Positions 10,877 to 21,275 of a stretch of 64,000 bases of DNA are shown here, piece after piece. A program made the position numbers and the translations under genes. The notes under the pieces were generated by a model. It was given only the letters and a program-made list of their open reading frames with translations. It did not search any database and was not told the DNA's origin. Each line of letters opens with the position of its first letter. Within the stretch, counting starts at the first letter, position 1. This stretch comes from Phycisphaerae bacterium (GTDB taxonomy: Bacteria > Planctomycetota > Phycisphaerae > UBA1845 > Fen-1342), in the NCBI GenBank assembly GCA_050115495.1, contig JASFQK010000012.1:64001-128000 (forward strand), given 5' to 3'.

Positions 10877-12922
10877 ATGAAGGCGCTCTACGCAGGCATC
10901 GTGGCCGTCCATTTGTGCCAGTGCGCACTCGCGCAGCCGGTCATCACATCCGCCGACTGGTGGCAGCTTGGTGACTACTACGTCGCCACCGCCAACCCCG
11001 AGAACGTCAACGTTCCCGTGGACGGCGTTATCAAGGGCACCGGCTATCAGGAGTGGGACTTCACCGGCATCGGCGTGCAGACCCGCAACCTCCGCTACGA
11101 CTACGTGGTCACCTCCGACGGCGGCTACGGCCAGGAGAACATCTTCCCCGGTGCCGACTTCGCCGAACGCATGATCGACGAGGATGCCCCCACCGCTCCC
11201 GCCTGGATGTACATCTCCCAGGACGCCGGCGTAGGCCGCACCATCTACGGCACCTACACGCCGTATGACAGCGAGCAGCCCGAGAGCGTCTTCAACCCGC
11301 CGATGGTCGACTTCCCCGACCCGATCCAGTATCTCCAGAACTGGAACGCCCACACCGTCTACCTCACCGCCATGAGCGGCTTCGATCTCCAGATCGTCTA
11401 CAACGCGGACAGCTCGGTGAACGCGTACGGCCGGATGAAGCTGCCCAACTTCGGCTGGGTCGACTGCCTGCGCGTCATGGAGGAGGCCACCTACGAGGTC
11501 TACTGGGACATGGGCGGCGGCAGTTGGGTCCTGTTGCAGACGAACTACATCCGCAACTACTACTGGCTCGCCCACGGCTTCGGCATCGCCGTCCACATCG
11601 GCTCGACGCAAGAGACGGCTGGCATGCCGGCCGAGGAGTTCGCCGTCGCCGGCATCTTCCAGATCCAGTATGCGAACAGCAACCCGATCGAGACACCGGT
11701 CATCACCGCCATCGATGACCAGACCGTCCTCGAGGTGGGCGTGCCGTTCAGCTACGCGGTCCAGGCCACCGGCTCGCCGGCGCCGACCTTCACGCTGCCG
11801 GTCGCTCCGGCGGACATGACCATCCACGAAGAGACCGGCCTGATCGAGTGGACGCCCACCGGCGCCAACGCCGGTGCCCACACGGTGACCGTCCAGGCCG
11901 ACAACATCGCCGGCACTGACACCGAGACCTTCACGCTCTACGTGGTCAACGCCAACGAGCCGCCGCAGAACCTGCGGACCAGCGTCTTCAGCTCCAGCAC
12001 GGTGGCGCTCGCCTGGGATCCCCCGGCGCACACCAACCTGCTGGCCGGCTACGCGGTGTACCACACGACCGATCCGCAGGGCGGCTACACGCTGCTGGCC
12101 GACAACCTCCCGGTGAGCCCGACGACGTTCGCTCACGACGACGCCCCGACCGGCATCAAGCACTACTACCGGGTCGAAGCCATCCTCAGCATTCCCCCTG
12201 ATGAGTGGCTCTCCGACGATTCGAACAGCGTTGTCACCTACGTCCTGACGCCGACCGAGACCGCCTACGGCTACGACGACAGCACCGCCGAATCCGGCCT
12301 CGTCGTCGGCGGATCCAACGCCCAGAAGGCGGTCAGCTACACGCTCGGCACCACGGATGAGGTCCGCCTCACCAAGGTCGCCGTCTACCTCACGGAGGTC
12401 GTCGACGCCAGCCTGACGGTGAAGGTCTACGACGACGATTTCGGCTATCTCCCAGGAACCGGCCTCGTCCAACTGACCTACCCCGCCGCGCTGCTTAGCC
12501 CCGGCTGGAACATCCTCGACATCCAGCCCGAGTTCCTCCAGCCCGTCTTCACCGGCGGCGGTAACTTCTTCGTCGGCATCGTCGAAGGCGCCACGGAGAA
12601 CCCCGTCGGCGTCGACGAGAACATCTCGGGGCATAGCTTCTTCAAGACGTCCGGCGGCGACTGGTCGTACCTCTTCGCTGGCGACTTGATGATCCGCGCT
12701 CTCCTCGTGGGGCAGTCGCAGATCATCCCCGGCGACGTCAACGGCGACGGCCTGGTCAACAACTTCGACATCGCCCCCTTCGTCTACGCTGTCACGCATG
12801 ATCGTGCGGAGTTCGAAGACCACTACCCCGACGGCTGCTACGACTGCGCCGACGTCAACGGCGACGGTACGGTCAACAACTTCGACATCGCCCCCTTCGT
12901 AAGCCTGCTGACCGGCGGCTAG
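10877..12922 (+). CDS. Secreted multidomain protein (Ig-like, FN3, C-terminal dockerin-like domain)
   Basis: Signal peptide MKALYAGIVAVHLCQCALA; Ig-like segment (GLIEWTP); FN3 (PQNL...LAWDPP...YYRVEA); duplicated GDVNGDGxVNNFDIAPFV. GGAGG RBS. Confidence 0.85.
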   Translation: MKALYAGIVAVHLCQCALAQPVITSADWWQLGDYYVATANPENVNVPVDGVIKGTGYQEWDFTGIGVQTRNLRYDYVVTSDGGYGQENIFPGADFAERMIDEDAPTAPAWMYISQDAGVGRTIYGTYTPYDSEQPESVFNPPMVDFPDPIQYLQNWNAHTVYLTAMSGFDLQIVYNADSSVNAYGRMKLPNFGWVDCLRVMEEATYEVYWDMGGGSWVLLQTNYIRNYYWLAHGFGIAVHIGSTQETAGMPAEEFAVAGIFQIQYANSNPIETPVITAIDDQTVLEVGVPFSYAVQATGSPAPTFTLPVAPADMTIHEETGLIEWTPTGANAGAHTVTVQADNIAGTDTETFTLYVVNANEPPQNLRTSVFSSSTVALAWDPPAHTNLLAGYAVYHTTDPQGGYTLLADNLPVSPTTFAHDDAPTGIKHYYRVEAILSIPPDEWLSDDSNSVVTYVLTPTETAYGYDDSTAESGLVVGGSNAQKAVSYTLGTTDEVRLTKVAVYLTEVVDASLTVKVYDDDFGYLPGTGLVQLTYPAALLSPGWNILDIQPEFLQPVFTGGGNFFVGIVEGATENPVGVDENISGHSFFKTSGGDWSYLFAGDLMIRALLVGQSQIIPGDVNGDGLVNNFDIAPFVYAVTHDRAEFEDHYPDGCYDCADVNGDGTVNNFDIAPFVSLLTGG

Positions 12923-13285
12923 ACGCCGGCGGCGCCGTTCAGGTCCGGTGCGATTTTGCGACGCGCCCTGTCGCCGACTCCCGTCGGCGGCGGGGCACGT
13001 CGCTTTCCCGGACCCTGCTGAACGTCGGCCCCTCCCATAGGCGGCGACGTTTTCGGAGTCGTGGGGCCGCCACGTGGCCCGTTCTCCCCCATCTAATCCT
13101 GCAGTCCCACTTCTCCGATACCGCTGGTGTACGACTTCGTGCGGCAACAACTGCTCCCGAGCGGCTGCTCGCCTGCCTGTGCGCCACGAGCCGAGCGTGC
13201 GGGAGGCAATCGCTGGCGACACGGGCGATGATTACGCTCGTCCACCGCGCGAACGTTCGTCGTTGTCAGTCAGACGGGACTCGTC

Positions 13286-15820
13286 GTGCGCAACACACCC
13301 AGGTCAAAACAACAGCTCTTCGACGAGCTCCAGAAGCTGCGCGCACAGCTGGCCGAGCTGACGCGCGAGAACGAGCGCTTGCGCGGCACCACCCCCGTCG
13401 CCGCGACCGCCGACCCCCTCCGCGAGCCGGGGATCAACGTTCAGGAACTGCTCGACCGACTGCCCGGGCTGATCACGTATGTCACCGTGCTGGACGTGCC
13501 GCCCCGCTACCTTCTGGTCACGCCGCAGGTCAAGCAAATCACCGGTTATTCGCCCGAAGACTACTACCGCGACCCCGACTTCTGGCCGAGCCACCTCCAT
13601 CCCGACGACCGCGATCGCGTTCTCGCCGAGTACAAGGAGACCATCCGCACCGGCCGCCCCCTCAAAACGGGGTATCGCGTGTTACGCCCGGACGGCTCCC
13701 TCGTCTGGATCAACAACGTGGGCGAGGTCATCCGGGATCAGGACGGCAAGCCGAAGTACCTGCTCGGCATCTCCTCTGACGTCACGGAATGCCGGCTCGC
13801 CGAGGAGGCCCTCCGCGGCAGCGAGGAACGCTTCCGTGCCCTCGTCGAGCAGGCCGGCGACGCCCTCTACCTGCACGACACGCAGGGACGAATCCTGGAT
13901 GTCAACGAGGTGGCCTGCAAGCAGTCCGGCTACACGCGCGACGAGCTTCTCCGGCTGCACGTCCAGGACATCGGTGTCGAGACGGATGGGGACGAGGACC
14001 TGGTTCGCCTTTGGACGGATGCTGCTGCCGGCCGCAACACGACCTGCGAGGCCCGCCACCGCCGCAAGGACGGAACCATCCTCTCCGTCGAGGTTACGCT
14101 GGGGCCGGTCCGGCTCGGCGGCCGGCGGCTCGTGCTCGCTCTTGCCCGTGATATCACGGGCCGCATGCAGGCCGAGGAATCCTTGCGCAGCAGCGAACGC
14201 AAGCTCTCCACAGCGGCCAAGATCGCCCGCCTGGGCTACTGGGAGTATGACGTCGCCACCAACCTCTTCCACTTCGACGACCAGTTCTACGCCGTCTGTC
14301 GCACCTCGGTGGCCGAAATCGGCAGTTACACGATGTCACCCGAGGATTACGCCCGGCGCTTCCTGTTTCCCGAGGATCGAGCCATCGTCACCGAGGAGCT
14401 CGCCCGGGCGATGGCCGCCACGGATCCCAACTTCCGGCATCAGTTGGAACGCCGCATTCGTTTCGGTGACGGCGAGATCGGCTACATTGCCGTCCACTAC
14501 TTCGTTACGCAGGACGCCCACGGCCGCATCATCAAGACCTACGGCGTTAACCAGGACGTCACCGAACGTCGCCAGGCCGAGGAGGCGCTGCGCACCGCCA
14601 AACGCCGGGCCGAGGCCGCCAGCCGGGCCAAGAGCGAGTTCCTGGCCAACATGAGCCATGAGATTCGCACACCCATGACGGCCATCCTCGGCTTTACGGA
14701 CATCCTGCTCGATGGCTACCAGGCCACCGGCAACGCCACCGCCGCCCAGCTCGATGCGGCCCGCACCATCCGTCGCAACGGCGAGTACCTCCTCGAGCTC
14801 ATCAACAGCATTCTCGACCTCTCCAAGATCGAGGCCGGCAAGTTCGCGGTCGAGTCCGTGCCCTGTGCCGTCGATCAGCTCATCGCCGAGGTCACTGCGC
14901 TGATGCACGTCCGCGCCGACAGCACCGGCGTCCAACTGCACGTGCGCAGCGAAGGGCCCGTTCCACAGACCATCCAGACCGACCCGACCCGCCTGCGCCA
15001 AATCCTCATCAACATCCTGGGCAACGCCTTCAAATTCACCGAGCTCGGCAGCGTCACCCTCATCGTTCGCCTCGGTCCCGACCGCACCACCATCGAATTC
15101 GACATCGTCGACACCGGCATCGGCATGACCCAGGCCCAGACCGCCACACTCTTCGAGCCCTTCACCCAGGCCGATACCTCCGCCGCCCGCCGCTTCAGCG
15201 GCACCGGCCTCGGTCTGGCGATCAGCCGACGGCTCGCCCAGTTGCTTGGCGGCGACGTCATCCTCGTGGAAACGCAGCGCGGCCGCGGCTCACGCTTCCG
15301 CGCTACAGTGGCCACCGGTTCGCTGACCGGCGTCCCCATGATCACGGACGGCTTCCTGGGCGCCGCTCCAGCCCGCCCCAACGTTGCCCCGGCGGACGAG
15401 TCGTCGCCCCTGCCGCTCGGCGGCCTGCGGATCCTCCTGGCCGAGGATGGCCCGGACAACCAACGGCTCATCGCTCACCTGTTGTGCCGCGCCGGCGCGG
15501 AGGTCGTCGTCGTCGACAACGGCCAACTGGCCCTTGAGGCCGCCCTCGCCGCCCGCGAGCGCGGCGCGCCCTTCGACGTTCTCTTCATGGACATGCAGAT
15601 GCCCGTCATGGACGGCTACACCGCGACGCGCGGTCTGCGCGACCAGGGCTACGACGGCCTGATCGTGGCCCTGACCGCCCACGCCATGACGCAGGACCGG
15701 CAGAAGTGCCTCGACGCCGGCTGCAACGACTACGTCACCAAGCCCGTCAAACGCCGGGACCTGACCTCCGTCGTTCGCCAGCACCTCCCCGCCCGGTCGC
15801 CGACGAAGACTCGTTCCTGA
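13286..15820 (+). CDS. 3xPAS hybrid histidine kinase with REC domain
   Basis: PAS motifs ([33 protein letters not shown]), [28 protein letters not shown]. Confidence 0.92.
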   Translation: MRNTPRSKQQLFDELQKLRAQLAELTRENERLRGTTPVAATADPLREPGINVQELLDRLPGLITYVTVLDVPPRYLLVTPQVKQITGYSPEDYYRDPDFWPSHLHPDDRDRVLAEYKETIRTGRPLKTGYRVLRPDGSLVWINNVGEVIRDQDGKPKYLLGISSDVTECRLAEEALRGSEERFRALVEQAGDALYLHDTQGRILDVNEVACKQSGYTRDELLRLHVQDIGVETDGDEDLVRLWTDAAAGRNTTCEARHRRKDGTILSVEVTLGPVRLGGRRLVLALARDITGRMQAEESLRSSERKLSTAAKIARLGYWEYDVATNLFHFDDQFYAVCRTSVAEIGSYTMSPEDYARRFLFPEDRAIVTEELARAMAATDPNFRHQLERRIRFGDGEIGYIAVHYFVTQDAHGRIIKTYGVNQDVTERRQAEEALRTAKRRAEAASRAKSEFLANMSHEIRTPMTAILGFTDILLDGYQATGNATAAQLDAARTIRRNGEYLLELINSILDLSKIEAGKFAVESVPCAVDQLIAEVTALMHVRADSTGVQLHVRSEGPVPQTIQTDPTRLRQILINILGNAFKFTELGSVTLIVRLGPDRTTIEFDIVDTGIGMTQAQTATLFEPFTQADTSAARRFSGTGLGLAISRRLAQLLGGDVILVETQRGRGSRFRATVATGSLTGVPMITDGFLGAAPARPNVAPADESSPLPLGGLRILLAEDGPDNQRLIAHLLCRAGAEVVVVDNGQLALEAALAARERGAPFDVLFMDMQMPVMDGYTATRGLRDQGYDGLIVALTAHAMTQDRQKCLDAGCNDYVTKPVKRRDLTSVVRQHLPARSPTKTRS

Positions 15821-15943
15821 ACCTCTGCCGCACTCGCCGCGCCTTCTGCCGGCGACGCGATCGAGCTATCATCCGTCCGGGCGGCCCGCTGAGCCGCCGG
15901 AGTTTCGCACCATCTGGCGCAGCGCGCCGCCGAGGTTGGTTTC

Positions 15944-16720
15944 ATGACGCCGTCTGAGTTCACCTACCGTACCGCCGCCGAGGAAACCTGGCGCATCTTC
16001 CGCATCATGGCGGAGTTCGTCGAAGGCATTGACGTCATGTCCCGCATCGGGCCCGCCGTCACCATCTTCGGCTCCGCCCGCACGCTCCCCGACGACCCCT
16101 ACTACCAGCAGGCCGTCGAGCTTGCCCGCCTGCTCGCCCAGAACAAGTTCGCCGTCATCACCGGCGGTGGTCCGGGCATCATGGCCGCCGCCAACCAGGG
16201 CGCCAGCGAGGGCGGCGGCAAGAGCATCGGTCTCAACATCGCCCTGCCCCACGAGCAGGAGCCGAACCCCTTCCAGAATGTCGAGCTCACGTTCCACTAC
16301 TTCTTCGTGCGCAAGGTCATGTTCCTCAAGTACGCCGTCGCCCTGGCCTGTTTCCCCGGCGGCTTTGGCACGATGGACGAGTTCTTCGAGTCCATGACGC
16401 TCATCCAGACGCAGAAGGTGCGTCCGATGAAGGTCGTTCTGATCGGCAAGCAGTTCTGGAATCCGCTCTGCGCCTGGCTCCGCCAGAACATGCTCGAAAT
16501 GCACCACAACATTTCCCCCGAGGACATGGACCTCTTCACCGTCACCGACGACGTCGAGGAAGCCGCCCGCGTCATCCAGGCCTACTATGAGCAGAACCAC
16601 TCCCTCGCCGGCGAACCCCCCATCGACGACGAGCTGACCACCAAGCCAGGCCACCGTCTCACCGCTGAGGGCACGCTCTTCGGCCTCCCCCCCATGAGCG
16701 GCCGCCGCGACCAACCCTGA
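15944..16720 (+). CDS. LOG family (TIGR00730-like) nucleotide phosphoribohydrolase
   Basis: FGSAR, TGGGPGIM, HYFFVRKVMF, PGGFGTMDE. Confidence 0.9.
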   Translation: MTPSEFTYRTAAEETWRIFRIMAEFVEGIDVMSRIGPAVTIFGSARTLPDDPYYQQAVELARLLAQNKFAVITGGGPGIMAAANQGASEGGGKSIGLNIALPHEQEPNPFQNVELTFHYFFVRKVMFLKYAVALACFPGGFGTMDEFFESMTLIQTQKVRPMKVVLIGKQFWNPLCAWLRQNMLEMHHNISPEDMDLFTVTDDVEEAARVIQAYYEQNHSLAGEPPIDDELTTKPGHRLTAEGTLFGLPPMSGRRDQP

Positions 16721-16747
16721 CGATCCGTGGGATAGGTCGCGTCAGCC

Positions 16748-16782
16748 TGTGTGGCATGCCGAAGCCTTAGGCGCCGGCATGT
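16748..16782 (+). repeat. REP-like palindromic repeat, family A
   Basis: TGTGTGGCATGCCGAAGCCTTAGGCGCCGGCATGT; related copies at 16902, 17337, 17393, 59306 and 60462. Confidence 0.85.
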
Positions 16783-16901
16783 CCCCGCGATTTCGAGGGG
16801 ACGCTCGGTGTGCCACTGCTCTTGAGCGGTGCTCTTCGTCTGCCGAAGGACCACTCGCCCGCCGGCCCCACGCTCGCCACGGCGTCAGCTCGAACCGACG
16901 C

Positions 16902-16932
16902 CATGCCGGCGCTCACACCTTCGGCATGTCGC
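16902..16932 (-). repeat. Degenerate inverted family A REP copy
   Basis: CATGCCGGCGCTCACACCTTCGGCATGTCGC resembles the reverse complement of family A. Confidence 0.6.
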
Positions 16933-16937
16933 CCCGT

Positions 16938-17219
16938 CTACGGTCTCTTCGGCGGCTCTGGCCGCTTGCCCTTCTCCGGCGGCTTTCCCTCGCGGCCCTG
17001 GTCGCGAATCTCGCGCAGCAGCCCGGCGATTTCCTTCAATTGCGCGTTCGTCTGCCGCTGTTCCTTGATCATCTCCAGCCGCTGGGCCCCGCTGTCGGGC
17101 ACCTGGGCCAGCGCCGTCGGCGGGTCGCTCAGGGCGATCCACCCCGTCGCCAGCAATGCCGCCACACACAGCCCCAGTACGAACCCCGGCCAGTACGCCT
17201 TCGCCATCTGCCTGATCAC
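16938..17219 (-). CDS. Small exported/membrane hypothetical protein with short coiled coil
   Basis: AGGAGG upstream, N-terminal hydrophobic stretch, AQVPDSGAQRLEMIKEQRQTNAQLKEI. Confidence 0.7.
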   Translation of the reverse strand: MIRQMAKAYWPGFVLGLCVAALLATGWIALSDPPTALAQVPDSGAQRLEMIKEQRQTNAQLKEIAGLLREIRDQGREGKPPEKGKRPEPPKRP

Positions 17220-17336
17220 GAGCGCGCCTCCTGCAAAGTCGATCCAAGAGCTCCAATCTCACATTATCGGTCGATCCCCCCACCCCGCCGTAGCCACGCT
17301 GGAGGCACTCCCCCTTCCAACCCAAGCCCAATCGCG

Positions 17337-17425
17337 TGTGTGGCATGCTGAAGCCTTAGGCGCCGGCATGTCTTGCTCGTTCGTCAAGGACCACATGCCG
17401 GCGCTGCGCTTCGGCATGCCACACA
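17337..17425. repeat. Inverted REP doublet (family A)
   Basis: Direct copy at 17337-17371 and inverted copy at 17393-17425, separated by 21 nt. Confidence 0.85.
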
Positions 17426-17441
17426 GCGAGACGCTGCCTCC

Positions 17442-17474
17442 GGCTCAAGGCTCACGGCTCAGGGCTCAAGGCTC
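17442..17474. repeat. Heptamer tandem repeat (GGCTCAN)x4-5
   Basis: ggctcaa ggctcac ggctcag ggctcaa ggctc. Confidence 0.75.
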
Positions 17475-17496
17475 GCTCCGGTACGGAGCCCGTACG

Positions 17497-19287
17497 CTAC
17501 TCCGCCCGCACCTGTAGCGCCAGCTCCTCAAGCTGCTCCGGTGCCACCGCGCTCGGCGCCTGCGTCATCAGGCACGACGCCCGCGCCGTCTTCGGGAACG
17601 CAATCACCTCCCGAATGTTGTCCCGCCCCGTCAGCAGCATCACCATCCGATCCAGCCCCAGCGCGATGCCACCGTGCGGCGGCGGACCGTACTTCAACGC
17701 ATCCAGCAGGAACCCGAACTTGAGCTGCTGCTCTTCCGGGCTCATGTCCAGCAGCTTGAAGATCCGCTGTTGTACGTCCGCCTGGTGGATACGAATGCTG
17801 CCGCCGCCGAGTTCGATTCCGTTGAGCACGACGTCGTACGCCTTCGCCCGGCAGGCCGTCGGTTCCGACTCGAGTTGCGGCAGGTCCTCGTCCAACGGCG
17901 CCGTAAACGGGTGGTGCACGGCGAAGTGCCGGCCGACCTCCGCGTCGTACATGAACATCGGGAAATCAACGACCCACAGGAAGTTCCATTTGCCCGCCGG
18001 TATGAGCCCCCGCCGCCGGCCGAGCACCTCGCGCAGCCACGACAGGTACTTGCAGACGTTCGCCTCGTTGTCCGCGGCGAAGAACAGAATGTCGCCCGGC
18101 CCGGCCTCCGCCGCCGTCAGCAGCTCCGCACAGCGCTCGGCGTTGAAGAACTTGGCCACACCGCCCTGGAGCGCCGCCTGCCCGCCGTCGCCGGCGACGA
18201 CCTTGACCATCGGCAGTCCGCCGGCCCCGATGCCGCGCAGGTCATCGGCCAGCGTGTCCGTTTCCTTGCGGCTCATGTCGGCCCCGCCGGGAACGCGGAT
18301 CAACCGCACCACGCCGCCGGCGTTGAGCGCCTCGGTGAACACGCGGAACTCGGTCTGCCGGGCGATCGCCGACACATCGCGAATGCGCAGGTCATAGCGC
18401 GTGTCCGGCCGGTCGATACCGTAGTCGGCCATCGCCTGCTGATAGCTCATCTGCGGGAACGGCGTCGGCACGTCCACGTCGTGAATGACCTTCATGAGGT
18501 GCTGGAGGCAACCCTCCATGATGGTCATCACGTTCTCGGGCTGGACGAACGACATCTCCAGGTCGAGCTGTGTGAACTCTGGCTGCCGATCGGCCCGCAG
18601 GTCCTCATCGCGGAAGCAGCGCACGATCTGCACGTACCGGTCGAACCCGCTGACCATCAGCAACTGCTTGAAGAGCTGCGGCGACTGCGGCAGGGCGTAG
18701 AACGACCCATGGTGAATCCGCGACGGCACCAGGAAATCGCGGGCTCCTTCCGGCGTGCTCTTCGTCAGGAAGGGCGTTTCGATCTCGACGAACCCCTCGC
18801 GGTCGAAGTAGTCGCGCATCGCCTTCGTGATGCGGTGCCGTACGCGCAGCGTCTCCTGCATCGCCGGCCGCCGCAGGTCGAGGAAGCGGTAGCGCAGCCG
18901 CGTGTCCTCGTTGGTCTCCGTCTCGTCGGAGATCTCGAAGATGGGCGTCTCGGCCGAGGTGAGCAGCTCCACCTCCTGGACGACGATCTCGACCGCCCCC
19001 GTCTTCATCTTGGTGTTCACCAACCCGTCCGGCCGCGCCGCCACCTGGCCCCGCGCCACGATGCAGAATTCCGGCCGCAGCGTCTCCGCGACGCGGTGGG
19101 CGTCGGGCGCCCCTTCCGGGTCGAACTTGAGCTGCACCAAGCCTTCCCGGTCGCGCAGGTCCACGAAGATCAGGCCGCCCAGATCGCGCCGGCCATGAAC
19201 CCAACCGGCCAAGAGCACCGTTTGGCCGATGCGTTCCGGACCGACGTCGCCGCAGTAACACGTACGCTGGTGGTAGGGCAGAGACAC
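17497..19287 (-). CDS. aspS: Aspartate--tRNA ligase
   Basis: [80 protein letters not shown] start with AGGAG RBS. Confidence 0.97.
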   Translation of the reverse strand: MSLPYHQRTCYCGDVGPERIGQTVLLAGWVHGRRDLGGLIFVDLRDREGLVQLKFDPEGAPDAHRVAETLRPEFCIVARGQVAARPDGLVNTKMKTGAVEIVVQEVELLTSAETPIFEISDETETNEDTRLRYRFLDLRRPAMQETLRVRHRITKAMRDYFDREGFVEIETPFLTKSTPEGARDFLVPSRIHHGSFYALPQSPQLFKQLLMVSGFDRYVQIVRCFRDEDLRADRQPEFTQLDLEMSFVQPENVMTIMEGCLQHLMKVIHDVDVPTPFPQMSYQQAMADYGIDRPDTRYDLRIRDVSAIARQTEFRVFTEALNAGGVVRLIRVPGGADMSRKETDTLADDLRGIGAGGLPMVKVVAGDGGQAALQGGVAKFFNAERCAELLTAAEAGPGDILFFAADNEANVCKYLSWLREVLGRRRGLIPAGKWNFLWVVDFPMFMYDAEVGRHFAVHHPFTAPLDEDLPQLESEPTACRAKAYDVVLNGIELGGGSIRIHQADVQQRIFKLLDMSPEEQQLKFGFLLDALKYGPPPHGGIALGLDRMVMLLTGRDNIREVIAFPKTARASCLMTQAPSAVAPEQLEELALQVRAE

Positions 19288-19421
19288 GTTTCCATCTCCT
19301 GCTCGTTGCCGTTCGTTGCTACGAGCGGGGTATGGTACCATGCGTCCTGCAAGCTGGCACGCCGGCACCGCCGGCCGGTCCGCTAACGTCGGCGGGCCGA
19401 ACACCCGTCACGGACGACGCC

Positions 19422-20576
19422 ATGAACAGCGGATCAGAGCAGGTAGCAGGCGACCCGGTCCCCGCCGCCGGTACGGTTCGCGTCGAGCGCGGCACCTGTT
19501 TCGCCCTCTTCGCCTACGACGTCGGGTTGGCCATCGACCTCGACGAGGCCCAGCGACGCATCACCGCCCTGGCGCAGCGGGCTTCGATCTGTCACAAGCG
19601 CCGGGCACCCCGCTACTTTGAGTATCAGCCGCCGCCGCTCCGCGTCACGCAGACGGTCGAGCCGGTCAGGATCTGCGGTTTCGAGACCGCCGCCACGGTC
19701 GACTCGGTCATCTACGATTTCGGCGCCGTCTCCGTCACCTACACGATCCCCCTCACCGTTCCGCTGGCCGACCTGGCCGGCCTCAGCGACGAGCTCTACG
19801 ACAACGAGGCCCTCCTGGCCGCCTCCCGCCGCGGTGTCGCCGCCCTGCTCGACACCATCGGGCCGGCGGTTCGCAAGCCCCAGGTCGCCGACCTCGTCGA
19901 GGACTACACGATCTTCGAGATCGACGCCCTCTCGTCGCCCTGGACTACCGAGGACGTCATCGCCCGGCACGGTCCGCTGCTCGCCCGTATTCTGCGGGCC
20001 GAGTCGGCGGCGCTTTCCCGCCAGGAGATCGACGACGCCCTCGCCTGCCAGCTCTCCTTCAGCACCAGCGACTGCGCCGTCATCGACTGGAACGCCGCCT
20101 TTCTCTTCGACGCGGACGCCGACGACGTCCGCGCCGTCCTCGAATTCGCCAACGTCGAACTCCTCGAGATGCGCTATCTCGACGACCGCCTCGACGCCGC
20201 CCTCGACCAGGCCTACGCCGCCATGACCAAGCGAGCCGGCGGCCGTTACCGCGTCCTCGGCTCGAAGGCAGAGGACCTCTGGCGCATCGCCGAATTGCAG
20301 ATGGACAGTGCCGAGCTCTTCGAGGGTGTCACCAACGCCCTGAAGCTCCTCGGCGACCAGTACCTCGCCCGCGTTTACCGCCTTACCGCCCAGCGCTTCC
20401 ACCTCAGCGACTGGGACGCCAGCATTCGCCGCAAGCTCTCTACCATGGAGAGCATCTACGAGAAGATCTCCGATCGGCAGGCGAACTGGCGAGTCGAAGT
20501 GCTCGAGTGGATCATCATCATCCTGATCGCCGTCGAAATCGTGCTGATGCTCTGCGAGAGCCTCTGGAAGGGTTAA
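19422..20576 (+). CDS. RMD1/DUF155-like protein with C-terminal TM helix
   Basis: YDVG, YDFGAVS, LEFANVELLEMRYLD, GDQYLARVY, LEWIIIILIAVEI. Confidence 0.7.
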   Translation: MNSGSEQVAGDPVPAAGTVRVERGTCFALFAYDVGLAIDLDEAQRRITALAQRASICHKRRAPRYFEYQPPPLRVTQTVEPVRICGFETAATVDSVIYDFGAVSVTYTIPLTVPLADLAGLSDELYDNEALLAASRRGVAALLDTIGPAVRKPQVADLVEDYTIFEIDALSSPWTTEDVIARHGPLLARILRAESAALSRQEIDDALACQLSFSTSDCAVIDWNAAFLFDADADDVRAVLEFANVELLEMRYLDDRLDAALDQAYAAMTKRAGGRYRVLGSKAEDLWRIAELQMDSAELFEGVTNALKLLGDQYLARVYRLTAQRFHLSDWDASIRRKLSTMESIYEKISDRQANWRVEVLEWIIIILIAVEIVLMLCESLWKG

Positions 20577-20580
20577 CCCA

Positions 20581-21267
20581 GTGTCTGCGCCGCCTCCCTC
20601 TGACCGCACGCGCGTCCACCAATTGCCCGACCGGGCCTGCTACGACCGCGCCACGATCCACCGCCTGCTGGATGAGGGCCTCGTCGCCCACGTCGGCGTC
20701 ACGCTCGACGGCCAGCCGTTCGTCATCCCCATGAACTACGCCCGCGACCGTGAGCGCCTGCTCCTGCACGGCGCGCGATCGTCCCGACTGATGACGGCCC
20801 TCCTCGCCGGTTCCCACGTCTGCCTGACCGTCACACACGTTGACGGCCTCGTCGTCGGCCGTTCCGCCACGCGCCACACGATGAACTACCGCTCGGTGAT
20901 GGTTTTCGGCCAGGCCCGCGAGATCGCCGACCCGCCGGCGAAGCTCGCCGCCGTGAAGGCCTTCGTCGAGCATTTCCTCCCCGGCGGCTGGGAGCTGGCC
21001 CGCCCGCCGACGCCCGCGGAGATGGCCGCAGTCGTCATGGTCGAGATTCCACTCGATGAGGCTTCAGCCAAAATCCGCACCGGTCCGCCCCGGCTCACAC
21101 CCACCGACCGTGAGACCGACCATTGGTCCGGCGAATTGCCCCTGCGGCTGGCCATGCTGCCCCCCGTGCCGCATCCCGCCGACAGCACCGCCCCTCTGCC
21201 GCCGGCAATCGCGGACTATCAACGTTCGGGAATGATCCGCATCCCGCCCGGTCAAAGCGACGTCTGA
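20581..21267 (+). CDS. Pyridoxamine 5'-phosphate oxidase family (NimA-like) flavin-binding protein
   Basis: RACYDR, PFVIPMNY, LHG...SRLM, HTMNYRSVMVFG, SAKIRTGPP. Confidence 0.88.
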   Translation: MSAPPPSDRTRVHQLPDRACYDRATIHRLLDEGLVAHVGVTLDGQPFVIPMNYARDRERLLLHGARSSRLMTALLAGSHVCLTVTHVDGLVVGRSATRHTMNYRSVMVFGQAREIADPPAKLAAVKAFVEHFLPGGWELARPPTPAEMAAVVMVEIPLDEASAKIRTGPPRLTPTDRETDHWSGELPLRLAMLPPVPHPADSTAPLPPAIADYQRSGMIRIPPGQSDV

Positions 21268-21275
21268 GCCCGCCC

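Noticed and set aside
10715..13222. Long antisense or alternate-frame ORFs (also 17674-19386, 21891-23624, 25660-27855, 28321-30147, 51678-54524)
   Set aside because: They overlap well-supported genes on the other strand and have no motifs; expected in high-GC DNA.
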